Below are positions 38,241-47,328 of a DNA stretch of 64,000 nt, piece by piece (within the stretch, counting starts at the first letter, position 1; every line of letters starts with the position of its first letter). The translations under genes were made by a program, and so were the position numbers. The notes beneath the pieces are model-generated. The model was not told the origin of the DNA. It worked only from the letters and a program-made list of their open reading frames with translations, and searched no databases. Source of the DNA: Candidatus Cloacimonadota bacterium (GTDB taxonomy: Bacteria > Cloacimonadota > Cloacimonadia > JGIOTU-2); NCBI GenBank assembly GCA_049903315.1, contig JBNGBT010000012.1, positions 1 through 64,000 of the forward strand, read 5' to 3'.

Positions 38241-38322
38241 TAGCATTTTTTCCTTATATTTTATCAATATTTGGTTGTAAAAAATTTCATACTAATGTGG
38301 ATTGTCAAATTTGTTGGAAAAC

Positions 38323-39315
38323 TCACTTGATGCGATTGGAATCTGCTTTTCTTTCTTCCTTCCGTACATACAAAGAAACATCTGCTTTTTTGATGATCTC
38401 GTCCGCAGTTTGGAATTCATTATATTCTGCAAAACCGAAAGTAATACCCATTGCAAATGTATGACGGTGATCCCCGAATACTGTCTGGGAAATCGTATTT
38501 TCAATCTTATACGCAATTGTTTGCGCACCTTCATCATCGGTTTCAGGTAGTAAAAGCATAAACTCATCCCCACCCCATCGTCCAACAAAATCCTGTTTAC
38601 GGACTGTCTCCTTTATGGTTTCTGCAAGTTGTATGAGTGCTTTGTCCCCGAGATTATGACCATAAGTGTCATTCACTCCTTTAAAATTATCAACATCTCC
38701 CATAAGGACGGAAAACGATATCTTGCTTCTTTCAAACTGGCATTTCAGATATTCAATTTTCTCCACTAGAAATCGGCGGTTATATAGCTCTGTAACGGGA
38801 TCTGTTTCTGTGAGATCAAGGAGTTTTTTATTAAGATTATCAAGTTTTTTATGAAGTTTAGAGTGCATATGATAGCGACTTAAAAACACAATTACCAGCG
38901 TGAAAATCAATATGAAAATCAGGATAATAAAATTTCTCTCATCCCTTGATTTCGCTATTTCTAGTTCGCGAAGATTCTTTTCTTTCCTCAGAAGTTCCAG
39001 TTCCTTCTCTTTCTGGGACTCTGTATAATGCCCCTCAAGTTCAGAAATACTTTCAGTTCTATCCTTGGAAAAGATCAACTCGTGCAGTGTAAGATATTCT
39101 TGAAAATAGGATGCTGCATTCTTATAATCACCCTGATTAGCATAGTATTCTGATATCAGCTTGTACGCTTCCGATAATTCAGTATCGTTCTGGTTCTGCT
39201 GTGCGAGAGTAATCACCTGCAGAAGACTGTCCACCCTTGTATCTGCCTGTACGTATAGAGAAAAACATAATAGCAAGAACAAAACTGAAAAAATTCTAAC
39301 TCGCAATGATACCAT
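38323..39315 (-). CDS. Membrane diguanylate cyclase (TPR-like periplasmic region, GGDEF)
   Basis: Signal peptide, TM; DVDNFKGVNDTYGH..GD; RKQD I-site; RWGGDEF. Confidence 0.9.
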   Translation of the reverse strand: MVSLRVRIFSVLFLLLCFSLYVQADTRVDSLLQVITLAQQNQNDTELSEAYKLISEYYANQGDYKNAASYFQEYLTLHELIFSKDRTESISELEGHYTESQKEKELELLRKEKNLRELEIAKSRDERNFIILIFILIFTLVIVFLSRYHMHSKLHKKLDNLNKKLLDLTETDPVTELYNRRFLVEKIEYLKCQFERSKISFSVLMGDVDNFKGVNDTYGHNLGDKALIQLAETIKETVRKQDFVGRWGGDEFMLLLPETDDEGAQTIAYKIENTISQTVFGDHRHTFAMGITFGFAEYNEFQTADEIIKKADVSLYVRKEERKADSNRIK

Positions 39316-39318
39316 GTT

Positions 39319-40740
39319 TTAAACCTTATCCAGTTTTATCATATTGACCTCTGTGCTTGTTTGTAATGGAATGCCTGTAACGAAGACAATGATATTTTCT
39401 TTCTCGATAAGTTGTTGTTCAAGTGCGAATTCTTTTACTTTATGGAGTGTCGCGTCAGTCTCTCCCAAGTTTTCCAAATAATAACAACTCACCCCCCAGA
39501 CCAGTTGGAGAAAATTCATGGTGCGTTCATTATCTGTGAATGCATAAATTGGCGTATTTACCCGAAATTTTGAAAGATGCCGTGCGGTTCTACCGGTTTT
39601 TGTAATTGCGAAGATTGCAGCCGCATTTGTATCCTGTGCAATTGCACATGCTGCTTTGGATAGATCGATTGCAAACTGACTTGTACGGAAGGATGAGCTG
39701 AACAGCTCCGGATTGGGGATACACTCACGCTCAGATCTGGAGATGATCTTTTTCATCATTGCTACTGCAATGTCCGGATGTCTTCCTATAGAAGTTTCAG
39801 CACTCAGCATAACTGCATCTGTACCATCAAATACCGCATTTGCTACATCACTGGCTTCCGCTCTGGTCGGAAGAGAATTTTCCACCATAGACTCAAGCAT
39901 CTGGGTAGCCGTAATAACAGGGGTGCTCGCTTTTTTACACTTGGTAATTATTTGTTTTTGAAGAAGAGGGACTTCCTCTGTAGGCATCTCTACCCCAAGA
40001 TCGCCGCGAGCGATCATGACCGCATCAGAATGAGAAACGATCTCATCGATATCTTCTATAGCTTCAGGTTTCTCAATCTTTGCGATGATCGGGTTGTGGG
40101 CATTCTTTTTTGACAGGATTTCTCTCAGCATATCTATATCATGAAAAGAGCGCACAAAGGAAAGTGCGAAGAAATCAATGCCGTGCTGAAGTGCAAAATC
40201 AATATCCTTTATGTCCTTTTCGGTTATAGTCGGAGTGTTGATCCGAACACCCGGCAGGTTTATGCCTTTGTGGGATTTGATTGTGCCGCCATTTGTCACA
40301 ACACACTCGACATCACTCCCGATTACGTCTTTTACTTCCAGCGAAATGTAGCCGTCATCAATGAGAATGATATCCCCTTTTTTCACGTCATGCGGAAGGT
40401 TTGCATACGAACTGCTGATCTTTTGACGGTTGCCCATAATATTCTCAGTGGTAATTACGAGCATGTCGCCAGGTTCTACCAGAAACTCATTTTCAATATT
40501 CCCTATACGCAATTTGGGACCACTGAGGTCTGCAATGATAGGAATATTATATCCAAGTTTATCCGACACACTTTTTATATTCTTGATATGAATGAAATGT
40601 TCTTCATAAGTACCGTGCGTAAAATTCAAGCGCGCGATATTCATTCCGGCTTGGGCAAGCTTCAATACATGTTCTGCCGAGGAAGATGCAGGTCCGATTG
40701 TGCAGATTATTTTTGTTTTGGGTCTTATATTATATTTCAT
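39319..40740 (-). CDS. pyk: Pyruvate kinase
   Basis: TKIICTIGPAS, ARLNF, DLSGPKLR, IAKIEK, ARGDLGVE, ATQMLESM, PTRAEASD. Confidence 0.97.
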   Translation of the reverse strand: MKYNIRPKTKIICTIGPASSSAEHVLKLAQAGMNIARLNFTHGTYEEHFIHIKNIKSVSDKLGYNIPIIADLSGPKLRIGNIENEFLVEPGDMLVITTENIMGNRQKISSSYANLPHDVKKGDIILIDDGYISLEVKDVIGSDVECVVTNGGTIKSHKGINLPGVRINTPTITEKDIKDIDFALQHGIDFFALSFVRSFHDIDMLREILSKKNAHNPIIAKIEKPEAIEDIDEIVSHSDAVMIARGDLGVEMPTEEVPLLQKQIITKCKKASTPVITATQMLESMVENSLPTRAEASDVANAVFDGTDAVMLSAETSIGRHPDIAVAMMKKIISRSERECIPNPELFSSSFRTSQFAIDLSKAACAIAQDTNAAAIFAITKTGRTARHLSKFRVNTPIYAFTDNERTMNFLQLVWGVSCYYLENLGETDATLHKVKEFALEQQLIEKENIIVFVTGIPLQTSTEVNMIKLDKV

Positions 40741-42820
40741 TGACCTCCACTTCGAAATTCATGACACAATTTTTCCCGAGATTCTTTCCATTGTAAAGTG
40801 CATGATCTGCCTTCCTGATAAGATCAGTATAGCCCATATCATATCTGTATTCTGCCACGCCTATTGTGAGAGATGTATTCAAAGTATGGTGACTAAAGTA
40901 AAAAGAATTCTTATCAACCTTTGTCCGTATCTTCTCTCCAAGGATCATACCGCCTTTTATAGGAGTGTCCGGAAGGAGAAGTATTAATTCATCTCCACCC
41001 CAACGCCCGACAAAATCCTGTTTACGAATATTATCTTTGATAAGGGTTCCGAGAGAAATCAAAATGTGGTCACCGGCGTCATGTCCATATGTATCGTTTA
41101 TTTTTTTGAAATTATCAATATCAGCGATAAGTACAGTAAACGGGCGTCCGTTACGCTCATAAGCGACCTGCTGATATTCGATCTTCTCAATGATATTTCT
41201 GCGATTGCTCAGCCTTGTGAGAGCATCTGTTTTTGAAAGAGCGTCGAGTTGCTGGTTGCGCTTCTTCAATTCAATATTTGCATGGTGTTTGTAGCGAGAA
41301 CGATTTCGAATCGCTAATGCAAGAAGAATGACATTAATGATTACAGCTATCAGAAGCACACTTAACATTTTATACTTCTTGATCTTAAGCTTCCTGATGC
41401 CCTGTTCTTTCATCAGGAGACTGAGTTCTCTCTCTTTTTTCTCAATATTATATCTTGTTTGCAAACCGAGTATTTTATTTTCATTTTCTTTATCGTAGAT
41501 GTTATTCCACAGGTCTGCATATTTGAGCATGTATACATAAGAACTCTCATATAATCCGAGATTCTGTTCAACAGTAAAAAGTCCTCTATAAGCGTCAAGT
41601 ACAAGCAGTTGATTGTCAGTAGTATGAGCTAATTCCTGGGCTTGTACATACTGCCTTTTTGCCTGCCCATATTCTCCCTTTTCTGCATACACATCCCCTA
41701 TGTGCAGGAGAGATCGAACCTGTCCTGCTGTATAACCAAGCTCTAATGACAGGGCTTGGGCTTTATCGTGATATGATAGTGCAGTTTCAGGATTGCCGGT
41801 CTTTAAATACAGCACACCAATATTGTCCAGAGTTTCTGTAAGTCTTTCTTTCTCGTTTGATTTTTGTTCAAGTTCTTGAGCTTTCAAATAATACTCAAGA
41901 GCATTCTCAAAATCACCAAATTGACTTTGTATATCAGCAATATTATGAAGCACTTGATCCAGTTCCTTTACGGATCCGATCTTTTCCAGAAATCTATAGC
42001 TTCGTTTATAGTATATGAGAGCAATTTTTTTATCACCGATTTGATCACTCACCAAAGCAAGAATGGTCAACTCCCTTGCTGTATCTTTCCCATTATTCAT
42101 ATCCTGATATAACGAGAGTGCTTCCAGATGATAATCGAGAGATTTTTGATAATCGCCAAAAGAATAATACACATTCCCGAGATTGTATAAGATCCAGGCT
42201 GAGAATTTATTATCTTGTATTTGCACGGAATGTTCTTTTGCATGAAGGTAATCTTGTATTGCTTCAGGATACTCGCCGAGAAGTTCTCTTGTGATTGCAG
42301 CGTTGTTTAAGAAATGAACTCTTGCGCTGAGGTCATCAGAATCTTCGAGCAACGCCAATCCTTTTTCATAATTTACCAGTGCTTCTTGGTGCTCGCCAAC
42401 GCAAAGGTAGCAATTCCCCATCGCAAATAAAATCCATACTTTCAACCCATCATTTTTATCACTCTTCTCCAGTGCCTGTGCAAGATATTTGATCGCATTC
42501 CCATACTCTTCCTGAGAATAATAGGAAAGAGCTTTTTTATACAAACTAAGGGCATCCGTATTGTCAGTTTGAACTGATTGTGTCGGCTGAAAGATTCTTC
42601 GTGCCTGTGCAAGATTTTGTGAAGTGGTAAGTTCTATATCCTCTTCCAAAACAAGGTCATAGATATCACACTGCATTTCCGGCAATTGGTAAGTATGATC
42701 TTCTTCCAGCTCATTGCCGACGCTTGCCTGCAGAAAGATACTCTGCATCAGCAGCAGAAGTAAAATAGGGAATGCTTTATAAACTTTTAATGAATGGATG
42801 CTTTGTGTTTTGCGTTTCAT
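40730..42820 (-). CDS. TPR-repeat membrane diguanylate cyclase (GGDEL variant)
   Basis: Signal peptide, multiple TPRs, TM; DIDNFKKINDTYGHDAGD; RKQD; RWGGDEL. Confidence 0.9.
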   Translation of the reverse strand: MKRKTQSIHSLKVYKAFPILLLLLMQSIFLQASVGNELEEDHTYQLPEMQCDIYDLVLEEDIELTTSQNLAQARRIFQPTQSVQTDNTDALSLYKKALSYYSQEEYGNAIKYLAQALEKSDKNDGLKVWILFAMGNCYLCVGEHQEALVNYEKGLALLEDSDDLSARVHFLNNAAITRELLGEYPEAIQDYLHAKEHSVQIQDNKFSAWILYNLGNVYYSFGDYQKSLDYHLEALSLYQDMNNGKDTARELTILALVSDQIGDKKIALIYYKRSYRFLEKIGSVKELDQVLHNIADIQSQFGDFENALEYYLKAQELEQKSNEKERLTETLDNIGVLYLKTGNPETALSYHDKAQALSLELGYTAGQVRSLLHIGDVYAEKGEYGQAKRQYVQAQELAHTTDNQLLVLDAYRGLFTVEQNLGLYESSYVYMLKYADLWNNIYDKENENKILGLQTRYNIEKKERELSLLMKEQGIRKLKIKKYKMLSVLLIAVIINVILLALAIRNRSRYKHHANIELKKRNQQLDALSKTDALTRLSNRRNIIEKIEYQQVAYERNGRPFTVLIADIDNFKKINDTYGHDAGDHILISLGTLIKDNIRKQDFVGRWGGDELILLLPDTPIKGGMILGEKIRTKVDKNSFYFSHHTLNTSLTIGVAEYRYDMGYTDLIRKADHALYNGKNLGKNCVMNFEVEVNEI

Positions 42821-43023
42821 TTATTAACGTAATGCTCATAAGTCAGTATAAATGGGTAATAAGAATATCAAGGGAAGGAAACAATTGACCAGCATTTTCT
42901 TCATAGGCACTACTCCGAAAATAGTATTGATTATTTGGTGGATATGTGTGGGAACTTTGTCAATATTTATGGAAATGTTGATGAACAGTCAAAGTTTTAA
43001 GTGTGGTGGTATTTCTTTAAATC

Positions 43024-43066
43024 AAACCGTTGCGAAGGTTTCCTGCGTCAACCGTTCGCAAGGTTT
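43024..43066. repeat. AACCGTTGCGAAGGT...AACCGTTCGCAAGGT palindromic element, copy 2
   Basis: aaaccgttgcgaaggtttcctgcgtcaaccgttcgcaaggttt; imperfect inverted repeat just after the 43074 stop. Confidence 0.55.
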
Positions 43067-43073
43067 AGGTATA

Positions 43074-45152
43074 TTATCGCAACTTCACGACCTTCCCGAA
43101 ATGTTCTTCGTCATTATTAATTTTATAGAAATATACACCCGTGCCCACTTCGTTGCCATTAGCATCCTTTCCATCCCAAACTACTTCGAAAAAGCGAGAA
43201 AGCGAAGAAGCGAAGAAGCGCAATTTGCGAACTATTTGACCCTTTATATTATAGATATTTATCTGTGATAATTCGTGTAAATTCTTGGTTAACGAAAATG
43301 ATAACATTGTCGAGGTCGAGAAGGGATTTGGGTAAGCCGAAATGAAAAGATCGTTCTCTCCATGTTCTTGTCCTGGCTCATCAACATCGTAGGTTTCAGT
43401 CATGGGAATATCTATCTGCGTAAATTGACCGTCGATTACCTCAACATTATATTCTATCACATCATCGTAAAATACCCGCTCTGCATACACATCATATGCT
43501 CCAGCAGGAAGCTTGTATTCAAAATTACCAATGCTGTCGGAAAATGTAAATTCCCCCGGATCATTATTGATTTTTATAAACAAATAATCAACTCTCTCTC
43601 CGCTTATAGGATTATAAGTATATCCCTGAATACCTCCAAACGATGGTGCACCATATTCATAAGCTCCTATGTCGATAATTGCATTACCATCCCCGTTGCC
43701 GTCCCAGACTCTTGTATGATATTCAATATCAAAGGGATAGTAATAGCCAAGTGTGTCGAATCCTGCATCGATGGCAATACTGCCCTCGGTTAGATGAAAA
43801 TCTCCGTTCTCAATATCCACAAAAATCTGCTGTGCCTGCAATGAATCCACAATAATATTTCCACCTCCGTCTATCAGAGGATACTCTAATGGAAAATCTA
43901 TGATGCAGTTGCGGAATATATCTTGCCCATGTGGACATGGGCACCAAATTAAATTTTCATTTTTTATTATTACGCAATTAGTTAATAAAGTATCACTATG
44001 ATCATAAAAAAGATCCGTATTATTGCAAAATATATTATTTATATTATGAACCTTAGATCCTGTGAATGCATTATTAGCACTGTCGAAATTATAAAATATA
44101 TTTTGGAAACACTCATAGTCTTTAAATATACTAAATTCACCGTCATTAACAATGTTATTATATACCAAACCACTAGAATGCCCACCTAAATAAACTTCAC
44201 ATCCTTCAAAATAATTATCAACAATTTCAATGTATGCATAATCTACATAAATACCGTCAGTCCCATCTATGAACCGATTATTCTTAACATAAATGGAATC
44301 ATACTCACTCCCTCCTTTAATTCCTCTCAGACAATCTATAAAAATATTACCATAAAAATATGATCTATCACTCAAACTTCCCAAATAATGATCTGTATTG
44401 GTTATTGTATTATCAACGAAATGACTATTTTGGGAATGCATTATACAAGAAAAAAATGTATTATCAGCTACTAAAGCAGTTTTAAAGTCTGCGGCATTTT
44501 TTCTAATATTAAGATCATCCACCCAAAGATTAATTAAAAAGTCGATCAGATTATTATCAAACGTGAAGGTATTCCACAATATCTCAACATACTTCACATA
44601 AGAATGATAGGTCGCGATAGAAGCTCCATTATTTAAAAAGATGCAATTATGTATTATCCCATTCCCATTGTATATCGAAAGAGCTGCTTGCGCTATATTA
44701 CTCAAAGCCAGTCCTATCCCTGCAGAATATTCAAATCTGCAATGTGTGAAACGACATAACTCAGCTCCCTGTGTAATATATATTGTTCCCCAACAGTAAT
44801 CAGGATTGTCCTGCAAGCGAGTAAAAACAATGCTGTCCTGCTCCGTGCCCTCTGCTATGATCCTGCCCTCTACCTGGATAAACTTAGCAACAGACACTCC
44901 TCCATATAACCAGAAATTTTGACTTTGCTCCATCCAACTGGTACATGAAGCTCCGCTTATTTTAATTTCTGTACCCGGCAATACGGTAAGCGTTACTCCT
45001 TCATCTATAATAAGCGTTTCCGTAACCTCATACGGTGAATTGCCGGGGGACCATGTCGTATTTTCAGTGATATGACCACCCACTTCTATGGCATAAGTCG
45101 AGGAAATGGAAAGAAAGATGAGGACGACACAAAGCACTATAATTTTTTTCAT
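43074..45152 (-). CDS. Secreted beta-helix (pectin-lyase-fold) protein with C-terminal FlgD/T9SS-like domain
   Basis: Signal peptide; GHITENTTW..SPY; Asn/Ile-rich repeats; DFHL..GS.AIDAG; IDIGAYEY; YPNPF...GVYFYK. Confidence 0.8.
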   Translation of the reverse strand: MKKIIVLCVVLIFLSISSTYAIEVGGHITENTTWSPGNSPYEVTETLIIDEGVTLTVLPGTEIKISGASCTSWMEQSQNFWLYGGVSVAKFIQVEGRIIAEGTEQDSIVFTRLQDNPDYCWGTIYITQGAELCRFTHCRFEYSAGIGLALSNIAQAALSIYNGNGIIHNCIFLNNGASIATYHSYVKYVEILWNTFTFDNNLIDFLINLWVDDLNIRKNAADFKTALVADNTFFSCIMHSQNSHFVDNTITNTDHYLGSLSDRSYFYGNIFIDCLRGIKGGSEYDSIYVKNNRFIDGTDGIYVDYAYIEIVDNYFEGCEVYLGGHSSGLVYNNIVNDGEFSIFKDYECFQNIFYNFDSANNAFTGSKVHNINNIFCNNTDLFYDHSDTLLTNCVIIKNENLIWCPCPHGQDIFRNCIIDFPLEYPLIDGGGNIIVDSLQAQQIFVDIENGDFHLTEGSIAIDAGFDTLGYYYPFDIEYHTRVWDGNGDGNAIIDIGAYEYGAPSFGGIQGYTYNPISGERVDYLFIKINNDPGEFTFSDSIGNFEYKLPAGAYDVYAERVFYDDVIEYNVEVIDGQFTQIDIPMTETYDVDEPGQEHGENDLFISAYPNPFSTSTMLSFSLTKNLHELSQINIYNIKGQIVRKLRFFASSLSRFFEVVWDGKDANGNEVGTGVYFYKINNDEEHFGKVVKLR

Positions 45153-45161
45153 ATTCCTTCT

Positions 45162-47129
45162 TTACCTTAACTTAACTATCTTCCCGATATATTTATCGTT
45201 TCCTGCGAATTTATAAAAATATACACCAGTACCGACTTCGATGCTATACTCGTCGCATCCATCCCAAACAACTTCATACACTCCACTCGTTCCCAAGCCC
45301 CTGCTTGGGAATGCTGGTAGTTCTCTGACGAGTTGTCCTTTAACATTATAGATTTTTATCTCTGATGAATTGAGTGGTTTTGATTTTAATTCAAATAATA
45401 TCGTAGTCGAATTGGAGAACGGATTAGGATAAACAGAGGATGTAACAGCAACAGGCATTTCAGAATCGATTGAAATCGAGTCTGTCGTCACTTCAATAAT
45501 ATTTGATGGAGGACTGAATCCCTGCTCATATACAGATTTTATATAATATTCATAGGTTGTATAGCTTTGCACTATTGAATCACAGTAGCTTGTATAAGGT
45601 GTCCGGGCAAGGAATGCATCATCTCTGAATATTGCGTAAGCATAATTTCGTTCATTTGCTGGTTGCTCCCATGTAAGATTTACTCCATGAGAATCCACTA
45701 AAGCATTAAAATTTATGGGTGGATCAAATGAATATGGTGAATGATATATTCCCGACCTTCTGAAATCATATTGATATGTTTTCCATTCAATCTGTAACGG
45801 ATCATACGGTACATATAGATCGTAGGCATAAATCCATATTGAATCAATAAAGTTTGTTGAATAGTTTATCAAATCTAATATACCATCCTGATTTATATCA
45901 CCAAAGACACCCGAATTCCTCATTGTACAACCCTTTGGTCTCAGTGGAAATCCGGGAATAGTGTCTCCATAACAAGTAAGCCCCTGAATGTATCCAAGGT
46001 TATTGCTTGCTTGGACAAGATTCGAATCAAAAATTAGTTCTTTTTCAGGTGTTGAATCAATATTTCCTGCAATTATTGGACCAAGTATTTCACCAAAACT
46101 ATAATAAGGTGAACCTGTGAATGGTTGTCCATCATTATGAAATACATACAAAAAATTACCTATGCTATAAGGATCTTTTCTCCCGCATATAATATCTAAA
46201 GAACCATTATTATCCAAATCCGCTATAGTTATAGGGCAGTACAGGACGTATTCAACGTTTTGTGGCCATCCAGTGAGTATAGATCCATCATATTTATAAA
46301 CGATTATACCTGAAGGTGTCCGCCCTTGATCCAAGTGTCCTGACGCTGCTACAATTATCTCTAAAAATCCATCTCCTGTTAAATCTACCACAACAGGTGA
46401 AGTGTTGAAATATTTTGATTCTCCTTCAAAAGGTTGCTGCGGCCAACCATTTATAACTTCCCCATTTGTGTTCATTACATAGATCTCTGAATATCCCATA
46501 CATACAATTTCTACCATTCCATCATTGTTAACATCTGCTATTGTTGGAGTACCAGCAACACCGGGTTCTACAGTAAATGGGAATCCATCATTAAAGTGTT
46601 CACCCTGCAGATTCACAACATATAAATTACTTTCATATATCGTGCTGTAATCACCCCAAACAATCTCTTTCAGTCCATCTTCATCAAGATCATAAGCTAC
46701 AGGAGTCGTTATTTTATAACTATACCATGGTGTTTGATTTCCATAATATTTTGGCCATCCTTCAATATTGTTTCCATACCTATCTAAAATATATATCCAA
46801 CCAGATCTTGTTGCTTGTAGTATCTCCAAATATCCATCATTATTTACGTCTGCAAAAGACATCGTACCACGTGCATCACGAGGTGTAAATATGCTCCACA
46901 TCTTGTTTCCTTGATAATCAATTGCAAAAACAGAGTCTGATAGTGATACAACAATCTCAAGATATTCATCATCGTTTAGATTTATCAATCCTACTCCGTC
47001 AGATTCGCAAGAGAGTGAAGGTATTGCTTTTGCAAAAGGAAATCCTGGAAGTTGGGTATAGTCTGCAGAAAGATCAATACTAATGAAAATGAAAATTATT
47101 AATAGATTACATATTATCTTTTTTATCAT
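45162..47129 (-). CDS. Secreted FG-GAP repeat + FN3 protein with C-terminal FlgD/T9SS-like domain
   Basis: Signal peptide; repeated ADVNNDG.LEI/GWP motifs; FN3-like LTWEQP...YEYYIKSVY; YPNPF...GVYFYK; GAGG RBS before ATG 47129. Confidence 0.82.
   Translation of the reverse strand: MIKKIICNLLIIFIFISIDLSADYTQLPGFPFAKAIPSLSCESDGVGLINLNDDEYLEIVVSLSDSVFAIDYQGNKMWSIFTPRDARGTMSFADVNNDGYLEILQATRSGWIYILDRYGNNIEGWPKYYGNQTPWYSYKITTPVAYDLDEDGLKEIVWGDYSTIYESNLYVVNLQGEHFNDGFPFTVEPGVAGTPTIADVNNDGMVEIVCMGYSEIYVMNTNGEVINGWPQQPFEGESKYFNTSPVVVDLTGDGFLEIIVAASGHLDQGRTPSGIIVYKYDGSILTGWPQNVEYVLYCPITIADLDNNGSLDIICGRKDPYSIGNFLYVFHNDGQPFTGSPYYSFGEILGPIIAGNIDSTPEKELIFDSNLVQASNNLGYIQGLTCYGDTIPGFPLRPKGCTMRNSGVFGDINQDGILDLINYSTNFIDSIWIYAYDLYVPYDPLQIEWKTYQYDFRRSGIYHSPYSFDPPINFNALVDSHGVNLTWEQPANERNYAYAIFRDDAFLARTPYTSYCDSIVQSYTTYEYYIKSVYEQGFSPPSNIIEVTTDSISIDSEMPVAVTSSVYPNPFSNSTTILFELKSKPLNSSEIKIYNVKGQLVRELPAFPSRGLGTSGVYEVVWDGCDEYSIEVGTGVYFYKFAGNDKYIGKIVKLR
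45286..45313. repeat. 28-nt REP-like palindrome inside a CDS
   Basis: ctcgttcccaagcccctgcttgggaatg; 25/28 and 24/28 identical to the intergenic copies at 61676-61703 and 61633-61660. Confidence 0.8.
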
Positions 47130-47271
47130 ATTTCTTCCTCTACACATATGTTATTCATATGTTTAACAAAACACCGTTGCTTCCCTGTTATTTTTTTGAG
47201 TAACATAAATAACCTCGCAAGAAAATTCTATCACAGAATTATTTTGTCAATTTTAAGTAATCCTCATAAAT

Positions 47272-47302
47272 AAAAAGCTCTCGAAGTTTCCTTCAAGAGC
47301 TC
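47272..47302 (-). terminator. Rho-independent terminator after the saccharopine dehydrogenase gene
   Basis: Minus strand AGCTCTTGAAG-gaaa-CTTCGAGAGCT followed by T tract. Confidence 0.75.
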
Positions 47303-47328
47303 ATAAATTATTTATTAATGAAATTTTT

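Noticed and set aside
38073..38310. Glycine riboswitch upstream of gcvT (also checked upstream of gcvH)
   Set aside because: The conserved GGAGA...CCGAAG...CTCTCAGG elements are absent; the structure is explained by dispersed repeats.
42852..43268. 138-aa plus-strand ORF
   Set aside because: It crosses a promoter region, a palindromic repeat and the antisense of a CTD gene; no coding signature.
43074..47129. Diversity-generating retroelement targeting the secreted proteins
   Set aside because: No reverse transcriptase and no TR/VR pair with adenine-specific mismatches was seen.
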